A DNA stretch of 64,000 nucleotides from Kudoa neothunni (taxonomy: Eukaryota > Animalia > Cnidaria): positions 4,265,292 through 4,329,291 of the forward strand of contig OZ199839.1 in the NCBI GenBank assembly GCA_964304625.1, given 5' to 3'. The translations under genes and the position numbers were made by a program. Positions 27,293 through 37,296 of the stretch are shown here, in pieces (within the stretch, counting starts at the first letter, position 1; each line of letters starts with the position of its first letter). The notes beneath the pieces were generated by a model. That model worked only from the letters and a program-made list of their open reading frames with translations, was not told the origin of the DNA and did not search any database.

Positions 27293-28706
27293 ATGGATAC
27301 TGCAACAAGAAAACCTTCGATAAAATCATTGTTTGCCGATATTTCCAATGTGTTTCGGCCGAAAGGAAAAGTAATATCATTTGTTGTGTGATGAGTGTGC
27401 TTGATTGTACCGGCAGGATGTGAAATATCGTTCTATACATATTTGCAATTATGGCAACGCCGATCAAAAGGAGCAGTCCTCTAAAAGACACGAGGTGGCA
27501 AACTCGAGTGATTTTAGTTTGCCACCAAACGACTGTTTTGAAACAAACCCGTTATTGTTTGCACAAAGTTCCACTCAGAGCTTTTACTCAGCGAAGGCGG
27601 ATTCAGCAGATAACACTGTAGACAATGACACCAGTTCAATGTCTATTTTTAGTCAAAACCAAAGTCGAGTGTTACAACTATTGGCGCCATTAAGTAAAAC
27701 TAAGTATTTTGTTTCTGATCCAGAATATCGTAAAAATATCTATCGATATCTAAGACACTACGAGGTATTTATGCCATTGAGTTGTTATCTAAGTTTTTGA
27801 TGTGATGGGAACTGATAGATTATTGTGGCTAGTGTCGATAGAAACTATTTGACAAATCATTTTTTCATCAGTAAAGATCATCGGTTGTTGTTATTTGATT
27901 GGATGGTTGGTGTACAAACTAGCACCAACATGGATGATATAATATTACACAAAGCATATGCGTTTGTCGATTTGTATTTGAATAAAACTAAAAACTTTAA
28001 AAAACGCCAACTACAATTGTTAGCCATTACGTCGATATTTGTCTCATGTAAACTCCAATACCGCAATCCAATAAAATTGCAACGATTGCTTGGTTACACT
28101 ATTAACAATCGCTGCAAAGCATACGAAGTATTGAATTTGGAGCAGAATTTGGTTTCCATATTGGACTACAAATTGAATGTTCCTATTGCTTACGATTATC
28201 TGGAATCATGGGCATTTGTAATATTCTTATTGTTATTTGTTTAAGATTTTATTATATGTAGATGTGTAAATTGAATGCCCAATTTTTATCACTAGTAACC
28301 TACATTGTGGAATGTTCTCGGGCATGTTATGAGTTGGTGTCGATATCACCCAGTTTGTTGGCCTCAGCTTCGTTCTACCTTTCACTGAAACTGATGAATA
28401 TCAATTACGACAAGGAGAAGTGGGACACACACGTTTTTCCATTCACCTACTATTACTATGACGATGTGGTAACTGTGGCGAGAGAAATCAATCTAACAAT
28501 TCGAGTAAAATTCATTTTTTAGGCGAATTGGTTTAAGTTTTTGTTAGAAAAATTTGAAAAAGTTGAAAAACATTGTCAACAAATATTCAACTGAGGGTTA
28601 TTACTGTGTGTCGAAATTTGAATTTTTCTCTGGGAAACAGTTTGACCACGATCGCGAAAATACTGACCATCATAAAGTTCCTACTACTGTCACTCAGTTG
28701 AACTAA
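27293..28706 (+). CDS. CCNB3: Cyclin B3-like mitotic/meiotic cyclin, divergent (5 exons)
   Basis: Exon 1 MDTATRKPSIKSLFADISN carries a B3-type D-box (RxxFxxxxN-like) and is spliced via 27350-27416. Cyclin box HRLLLFDWMVGVQ...LQLLAITSIFVSCK...LNVPIAYDYL; C-terminal LKNIVNKYS; TAA at 28704-28706. Confidence 0.75.
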
Positions 28707-29736
28707 CCCCAAAATATTTTTATGTCCTATATATTTGATGGTTTCTATTATGAAGATTATATTTGTGTTTTTGTTAAATGCTAAGGCAGAGGCTATTGGT
28801 TGGGCAAAATTTAATCCTAAACGGTGTGAGTGCGTGGCGCAACATAAATTTTTGATCTCAGTAACTCTTTCTTACAAGCTGTTTACAAAATTAAAGAAAG
28901 TCCAAAGTAATCTCACCTGAGTATTATTTACCTTACCAATAGCCATTTCCTAATATAGTGCAACCTCGGAGTTCGACCAAAAATTTTGAGTCAGGAACAC
29001 TTTTGAGTTCAAACGCATAGAAAGGGTATTCAGAACAAATCCAGTTGGAGCAGAAAACGGAGATGAAAGGAAACTCTAGAAGGATATCCGCTCAATCAAA
29101 TTATGCGAACGTCATCGAAAGAAAACCCTTTATTATCTATCGTACGACGCCCAATAAATATGTATCCCATGTAACATGTGGATTATATAGTTTGTAATAC
29201 ACCAATCATATGCGCGATCGAGAGCAGAGCGGTATGGCGCACCACTGTCTTTTAATGCTAATAACGTAGGTTCGAATCACAATTCGGAGCCAGGGCGTCC
29301 AATGAGACTATCGGAAAAAACCCAAGGTCACAAAGAAAACAATAATATTATTAAAACAACAGCAATTGTTATCTTGAACGCGTTTTCTAATTATTGTCGT
29401 CAATTGAATCATCTTCACAGCCCTCAGTTAGGAAGTTTGATCTATTTTTCAAGCGCTCAAGGTATCGTTGGCTCACAACACCGCTGCTCACATCATGTAT
29501 TAGTTTATTTGTTGGGTGCTACGTCAAACACATATTATTTCTTCTGATCAACTGCTTTCCGAGGAGTTTACATTTTACAGTTTCAAACTCTAGTGGGTTG
29601 GTTTATTTAATTTTTACTGTGTTCACTAATGAATAAATTGGCTCAACATTTGCAGTAACTGGAATTCCTGTCCTTAGTGTATAGATCAAGTCAATCTTTA
29701 AAATCTACTTTTAACCGATCTTAATTCGAGCATATA

Positions 29737-31020
29737 CAGTATTTCAAGACCTAAATGCAACGGTGTCGGATCAAGGTTAAATTGATTCGCACAATTACAG
29801 ATAACCATGTCGGATCATAATTCATCACAGCTTAATGTCACAAAAAGAAAATATGTTTCTTTAGACGACACAAAGAAAGAAATTATCATTAGGTTATCTA
29901 AAGTGTATAGCGTTAGTTAAACTATATTTGAGAGATGTTAAGGAAAATTATACCTATGGCCGAGTTGCTACTACAGTTGACGTTCATAAATCAACAATTT
30001 CATGGTTCCTAAAGAAAGAATTCGAAGGTGATGAGGCCGATGAAGAATACATCCTTAAGAAAAGAGGTGGGGGCAGGAGGTCAAAATTGACAATCGCCCA
30101 TAAATCATATATCCAAAGCTTAATGAATGAAGATTGCACAATTACATTAGACTCAATCGCCAAGAAACTACAACAAGAACATAATATCGGTGTTTCTAGA
30201 CAGACTATTGCTAATTATTTAAACTAGTTCCGTTACACTCTCAAAAAAATTTCAATTGTACCGATTGCGAGAAATTCTCAGGATTGCATATCAAAACGCA
30301 GAAAGTGTTTTTATTAATTAATAGTAAATGTTATAATTATTAGTTATGTTTTAGAATATCTGCAATGTAAACCACTCCATTTTCCTGTAATTTACATTGA
30401 TGAGTCTGGCTTCTCACTTTCTGAGACGAACATTTCGAAGGTCACTTTCAGGTTCAAGAGCGAACCTGAAAGTAAAAAGTATTCGATCCAAAAACATTAC
30501 ATTGATAGCCGCTATTAGCTCTGAAAAAGTTTGGACATTTCAGCTGGAAAGTGGCCCCGTGAATCAGCAAGTTTTCCATACTTTTATAGAAAAACTTCTT
30601 GATGATTTAGCGAACGATGAAATTCAAAGTGTGTTGTTAATTATAGATAACGTAAGGTTTCATAAAACAGATCTTATTCGACAAAGAATTGATTTAAGTG
30701 GACAAAACCTTTTGTTTCTGCCTCCGTATTCACCATTCCTCAACCCTATAGAGGAATTCTTTCACCAAGCAAAATCAATTTTCCGAAGAAAAGCGCCCAC
30801 AAATACAGATGAATTAATGGAGGCCATCTTGAATTGCCCTGATGAAATAACACCTCCTCAACTTCAAAATTATTCTAATCACGCAGTCGTATTTTCCAAG
30901 ATGTTTAAATATGGAAGAAATAATAAACTAATACTTATATGCGTTTAATTTATTAATCCATTTTGACACATCACTGTTGCATTTTGATTCGACGTTGTTG
31001 CATTTAGGTCTCAAATACTG
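29737..31020 (+). mobile_element. Tc1/IS630-like (DD34E) transposon
   Basis: TA|CAGTATTTCAAGACCTAAATGCAAC ... GTTGCATTTAGGTCTCAAATACTG|TA, with a transposase inside. Confidence 0.93.
29807..30948 (+). pseudogene. DD34E transposase with two short introns, one in-frame stop and at least one frameshift
   Basis: ATG 29807; introns 29893-29932 and 30305-30343 keep the frame; HTH region with RGGGRRSKL; IYIDESGF, IIDNVRFH and PPYSPFLNPIEE (34 residues between D and E); TAG at 30225; frameshift near 30420. Confidence 0.85.
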
Positions 31021-31532
31021 TATTATCCCGCGCTCTTTTTGAGCTCCGTTTGAAATTTCACGCATCCTTTAAATAATATACGCCAATAACCTAAAGTATG
31101 TTATTAAAAAAACTATAAAATTTTGAGACAGCATTGAAATACCTAAATACAAGCACAGAATAATAAGAACAATTGATTAAATAACAATTATACAAGATTC
31201 GGGAAACAGCGCATTGCCGACAATCGCGTTTTTTTTAATTTAGAATAATTTTAATTCTCTCCATTATTAAAACAATAAATATGATCAATCTACCTAATCT
31301 AAAACTTATTATTAATAAACTGAACTCAAAGAATTCAATAATCTACAAGTTTTGTAAATAGACCAAAAAACCCAAGATTTGGCGTAAAATGAAACAAAAG
31401 CGCAAGAACCCAATGTCAATAGAAAAATCCCAAGATCTTGAGAGAAAACCTAAGGATTGGTCGCCCTGTTCGGAGCTTGTGTTACATTTTGTATCTCATT
31501 CTTATTATTATATTTAATGTTTATTTGTTATA

Positions 31533-32857
31533 CAGTCAGTGACCGGTTTTACGTACTTTTTAAAAGGAAACACAATTTGGATAATCAAATCTACAATCAA
31601 TATATAATATTTTTTGAATGTTTTTATTATAGGATTTGGATCAAAATAATATAATAAGGTTAAAAAATTTCCAGATTGTTAATCGCGTGGCTGACCGGTT
31701 TTGCGCACTTTTTTGCAATGTTTTTAGAAGCCGAGAACATATAACACTCGGACTCAGAACCTTGAAGTAATGGGTTCGAATCCGTCTATGGCCAGACTAC
31801 TACTTCCGTGTCGGTGGGTCTCTATCCCATATTTTGGAGTTGTGGTTAAAGTGTACGCTCGCTGTGGAGTGGGTGTACTGGTAGCCGAATTCGCGTGAAG
31901 TGGGGTAAGCGTGAATAGGAGTTTGAACCTCCGGAACCCATCGAAAGGCAAAGTAATTTGCTGCCCTTACAGAGCCAACGTCCTTAAAGGGATAGGGCTT
32001 GGGATGGTGGTCGCCCTGGGACGAGGATGATTAGTGGGTTAAGTCCCACATAACCGCATAAAGATAAGGGACGGAGTTTCATGTTACATCCTGCGGTGCC
32101 TAGGGCGTTAATGAAAGAGGTCTGACCAACCAGAATTCCACAACCTAATAAGTTGCGCCTGGGGTCCTACTTTGTAAACAAAATAAAATTGGAACGTTTT
32201 TGAAAAAAATAGATGAATTTTGTTTAATGTTCAAAGAAATTAAATGAAATGAAAAAAAATCAAGTCGAAACATGAAACAATAAAATACATCCACGATAAC
32301 TCCCCCAAAGCTGCCAAATTTGTTACTATAAATCACCAGACGTATCTTTCATATCCAACCTCTATGACTCCTTAAAAAAATAAAATTGATTAAATGATTG
32401 AACACAAACCGATTATTGTTGTTATTTGTTAATTTATTAAAATGATTTTAAAAAATTATCCACGTTCGACAAAGGAGGATCGATCGATCATGATCGCGAT
32501 GGTGAAAGCTATGTTTCGAAATATTCTGACGAATTTTCTGTGATCAAAATAACTAATTATTTTATTTCTAAGTAAAAAGAATTATTTTTTTATTACATGT
32601 ATGTAATTCAATTATACTAAATAGCTACGTATATTATTATATGCACGCATTAATAAGCGCGTAAAACCAGACGTTATCAATTTCCCACACTTTTTCCACG
32701 ATAACGAAGGGATTACTCAAACCCGATTCAAGACTGTGCTTTCATTTAAAAAAAGATTAAACGTTGTTATTAAAATTTTCGCACTTTATGTTATTTGATA
32801 AATATTGAATATTTTTGTGATATGCGTGCAAAAGTGCGTAAAACCGGTCACTGACTG
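31533..32857. mobile_element. Non-autonomous Tc1/mariner-type element with IR/DR ends
   Basis: TA|CAGTCAGTGACCGGTTTTACGTACTTTT ... AAAAGTGCGTAAAACCGGTCACTGACTG|TA; inner repeats TGACCGGTTTTGCGCACTTTT (about 31692) and GCGCGTAAAACCAG (about 32657). Confidence 0.87.
31730..32188 (+). mobile_element. tRNA-derived SINE, copy 2 (near full length, about 460 bp)
   Basis: B box GGTTCGAATCC, GC-rich body, 3' stem-loop CCACAACCTAATAAGTTGCGC and A-rich tail; homologous to copies 1 and 3. Confidence 0.85.
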
Positions 32858-33204
32858 TATATTTATAAACATGGGACTTGCTTCTTTTTTTATATATAAG
32901 AATAAAAATAGCCATTTATTTGATGAACGGTGCGGATTAAACTAACTTTCGTTATTTTACGCGGGAAATTTGATTCGGCGTTCGAACACACTTCTGGACC
33001 GGATTATGGTCGAAGTCTGGGGTTGCACTGCACTAATGTGACAAGTAAGAGGTCGGCGATAAAGTTTTGCCGCCTTGGTTTAAGTAATTAAAGCCAAAAA
33101 TATTATTCGGTTGCTAAATTACATTCATAAAATAAAAACAGTGTTTGTACTAAAATGCTATTCAACAGTCAATAGTCAGCATTCAGTAGGCAGTTGGAAG
33201 GATG

Positions 33205-34207
33205 CTAATTTTTCCTAGTGCTATGTGAATTGTAGAGGACAATATTTTTGTTGGCGATTTCACGAGCTTTAAAAATGTCAATATTCATGTGGAATGTGTT
33301 GATGAGGGCCCAATTTTTGAATACAGTACGACAGCAGATATTTTTTTTTATTTCAATAAAAATGGTGTTACCGTTGGTTACATTTCTGAGTTTCATGTAG
33401 CAATTCATCAAAGTAGTGGGTGTATCATTTTCCCAATAGAAATGTATGTTGTTGATTATTAGATTCATCTTGTACACTACATTAGCAACCAAATCAAACG
33501 TATTCAATGTTGGACAATTGATAATGGGTATGTTGGTAATCACGAGAAACCATTTGACTGCACGAGTTTGAATGGCTCTATGATAGTTTGAAATTTCCAT
33601 GGGAATAGGTAGAATCCGTTTGACTTTGAGCGAATCTTTGCTTAGACGCAACATAGTCGAATGATATACAATTTGGCGTAGTTGCTCCACACCTTCCACC
33701 AATAGATCCGGTAATGATCTGAAACTTGCCAACAATTTCAGACTGATAAATCCTTGAGTGTTTCGATTTATTTGAGAAACGAGAAACTTGCTTTTAACAA
33801 GAAATTCGTCTGACAAATAAAATTCAATTGTATTTAGGATCAAAATCTCGTTCGACGGTACATTTTTTCTAATCAACAATTCCAGCGGTGTGCAGTTTAC
33901 GAATTTTTTCACTATCAATTATGATTGATATTATTTAGCAAAAATTATATAAAAATTAACTAATCTTAGTAGTTGTTTTCAATTGAAATTTACATGAATT
34001 TTCGTTTCCATTCGCCACCTCATACAGACTTAAAAGATTACTGATTGTGGCCATTTCAACAGGTTCTTCAGGGGGTCTACAATCAATCAGCTCCGGCCAT
34101 GCTGAAACTTCTGGTGGAGGTGGTGGTGTATTGCTCCAGTCCAGTATGCAACAATCCAGCCAGTCAACTATTGAAGAACCTTCCCAACAATGTAACAGCT
34201 GCACCAT
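33205..34207 (-). CDS. LARP6: La-motif + RRM-like protein, LARP6-like, divergent
   Basis: ILNTIEFYLSDEFLVKSKFLVSQINRNTQGFISLKLLASFRSL...LRLSKDSLKVKRILPIP matches the LARP6-type La motif. Upstream ORF 33956-34207 joins in frame through a GT-AG intron of about 49 nt (about 33912-33960). The start codon is uncertain. Confidence 0.7.
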
Positions 34208-35126
34208 AAATCAATCATATATTTCGTTCGTTTTGTGAATTAGGCATGATTACGCATAGCTATCTAATTCGGATAAATGATTTCGTGAAAGAATATTGAT
34301 GGATTTAATGCATGAGTGCGAATTTTCTTTTCATCTTCTTTTTCGTGCTAATAACCTCCACATGGTGATGACTTAAATTCATGTTGAATTTATTTGTCAA
34401 TTAATAAACCGCACCACCATTCTGTTACCAAATAATTAGTCACTAATGATATGAGTATTATTTTCAGTTTCTGTCTAAAACTAAGTTTATCCGGTTTAAA
34501 TGGTTTAAAACAAACTTAAATTCTAAAACATAGTTGTAGTTAGCGCAGTGCTAGCTGATAGCTCAATTTATTTTATTATGATCGTAATCAATTGTGTTTC
34601 CCACATTTTTAAACCTGTCGACTATCACAAAGATTAAGCCTAGCTGATTATTACTTTATCGTGGTTAAAAGTTAACCAATATAGTGCTCTATAAATCAGA
34701 ATAGAGTTTTCTAACGCGATTGTTAATTTTATAAATATATTCTTTTAAATTGTTTAATGAGTTGATTTTTGTAATACACCCAAATATCGATTAACAATCG
34801 ATAGAAACGAATTTTACTATTTAAAACTCAACAAACGTGTTATAGATTTTCTCCTAAGCCAGGAGTTATCTTATTTACGTTTTGATATTAATCACAATTG
34901 ATCGGAAGTAAACCCTAGCGAGGGATGCTAATTTAAGCTTCTATAGTAGTGCTTCTAAATCCAAAGCCCGCATACGTAAAGTATAGCTTGTAATAATCTT
35001 TCATCGTGTTTATTGTGTATTATACTGAATCAGATTTAAAAAATATAATTTAAACATGAAATTTTTAAGAGGATTTTAGTCGACAACTTTATTATTTAGA
35101 CTCGTTAATAACTATGCATGCGAATA

Positions 35127-35347
35127 CAATCGAACCCTGTTTATCCGAGAATGTTGGGGCCTGATGTTATATGTAGTGTATTAACCTTATATTGTTTTCC
35201 AACTCTTATAAAAAGAGTTATTATTATTTCTCGTTGTTCCGATTATAAATTGTAATCTATGGCGTGTTCACCTCATTCTTTGGCTGAAGTTAACACCTGA
35301 CATTGTTCTTTCGAATACTGAAATTCCGGTTAAACGAAGTTCGATTA
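35127..35347. mobile_element. Decayed pogo/Tigger-like MITE related to 25944-26043
   Basis: TACAATCGAACCCTGTTTATCCGA ... TCCGGTTAAACGAAGTTCGATT inverted ends. Confidence 0.5.
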
Positions 35348-37296
35348 ATGCGCATTGGCGGCGGGAAAAAATAATAGGTTGGTTACATACTTTATTTTTC
35401 ATTATTCACCGTTTGTCTTATATTTTTAAAGAAAACACTAATATATAAAAGTTATACTAGTGAATACACTGTGGAATTATTAGTTTAAGGAACAATAGTT
35501 ATAGATCCAAAGTAGTCGGCGCCCACATACTACCGATATGTGTGACCTTAACACCGCTGCGCCATATTAGAATGATACATTCTAGATTCTAAGAAATAGA
35601 CTATTATTATTATTAATTTTTTATAATTTCTTCTCAATACGGATATTGTGGGCTGTATTAATAATGATGGTAAGAATAATTAAAGTAACATTGAGGAGTA
35701 TTTTCTCAGAATTCTCCTTAACGATATTTAGAATCTAATGTTTAATTAAGATATGTCATATTCCAACAATTTAATATTGTTTAATGATTGTTAAGACTCA
35801 ATTAGACCTAAAAATGGAAGTGTTATGCGAAAAAACTGATGTGGGAACATTGTTGAATTGAGTCAATTCCGTGGATAAATTGGTCTTATGAAGTCACTGT
35901 TAGGTAGTGATTAAACAATCCAATAAATTCCATTTTTGTATTTTATTACCCATGAAAAGATATAAGGGAGTTTTTCTTTACCGAACATTTATTCGTTCAT
36001 CATGAACACGGTTGCATTTTGAACATAATATATTATATTAGCTACGTTACGCTATTTCTACTAATCAAACATGAACTTAGATTGAATAAATAACGAACAT
36101 ATGTATCAAAAAAATAAATGTAGGTGCCATTTTGACCAGGCACTAATCCAGACTTCAAGGGATTTTAATCCGAAAATTCTAGAAAAAAATTATTCTCGAT
36201 TGCGGTTGATGAAATTTGGGTTAAACGAAATTTTTTTATTTAGAATCTACAACAGTTTCAAATAAATTTTAAAAAATCATTTGGATAGCGCGATTTTCGG
36301 ATAAACGGGATTCGACCGTATATAATTGGAATTGAGACAAATTATTATGAATGCGATTTCGTAATGTAAATAACACAAAATATTTGTTATTGTATTCTCA
36401 AGGATTGGTTTATTACTAGTATAAAATTAACGGAGTCATAGTCTCGATATATCTCAAAAATTAAACCTCTCCTCCAAAAAACCCATGAATATGATTTTGT
36501 TCGCGATTCATGACTGAAATTTATAGTTATAATAAACTTCGTTCGTGATTCGTGCCTAAATTTAGGCATGGTTTTTAATTCGTTAATACATGAAATTGCA
36601 TTTTCTGTAAAATAGGTTTAAATATTACCAAATCTAAAATAATTGATTTTTTTAAATTCTACCTAAGTATCGGTTGATTATTTTGTTATAGAATTTTTAT
36701 TTATCTGTATTTTGGCGATAAAACAGATGATAATTTTTCCTTTACATTCCAAAATTGGCATTCTATATGTAGTGCGCGTGCGTGATCATTTAGGAAAATC
36801 GGGTGATTATTGTGATTAATTATTCGCGATTATCAATATAATTTTTATATTATTTAATTTATAATTAAATAAAGTTCAATAACTAATCAAAATCCTAATT
36901 ACACAACCGCCATACATCGTTAATCATTTTAAAGCACTAAGTAGAAATTATCGGGCACATTCGTCATTTTAGTTATACACGATCACCTAGTTGGTGACCA
37001 GAAAATTTTTCAACAAAAATTATTACTTAAAATTGTTCAAGCGGGTCATTTCAATGAAAAAAAATGTTGACCCCGCCAAATTTTCAGGACTTAATTTTAT
37101 TCAATGCAACTACAACCATCTGTTATAAACCAAAAAAAAGTTGTTGATTCTAAGGAATAATATTTAAGGAATTAGCTCATAATTCTATGTTCAATTCATT
37201 ACAATCACCATAAATAAATGCATGGACTAATGGACATATACCATACACGTAGAGAGTCGGTTCAGACAACAAAACAATAAATAAGGGTATAAAAAT

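Larger units (their letters stand above)
29291..31468. mobile_element. hAT non-autonomous element with a perfect 8-bp TSD
   Basis: TIRs CAGGGCGTCCAAT ... ATTGGTCGCCCTG; TSD TTCGGAGC at 29283-29290 and 31469-31476; subterminal AAAACCCAAG-type repeats. Confidence 0.88.
28956..33030. mobile_element. Old Tigger/pogo-like non-autonomous element hosting nested insertions
   Basis: Imperfect TIRs TAGTGCAACCTCGGAGTTCGACCA ... TGGTCGAAGTCTGGGGTTGCACTG, preceded by TA on the left; the right TSD reads CA (decayed). Confidence 0.55.

Noticed and set aside
29220-29290. tRNA-like A/B boxes (AGCAGAGCGG...GGTTCGAATC), and a similar A-box at about 35550 (-)
   Set aside because: No cloverleaf; at most decayed SINE heads.
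34047-34238. Gly/Ser-rich + strand ORF
   Set aside because: Antisense of the Pro-rich LARP6-like first exon.
36495-36565. Two imperfect repeats about 43 bp apart (CRISPR-like spacing)
   Set aside because: Only two degenerate units, in a eukaryotic context with no cas genes; probably a TE remnant.
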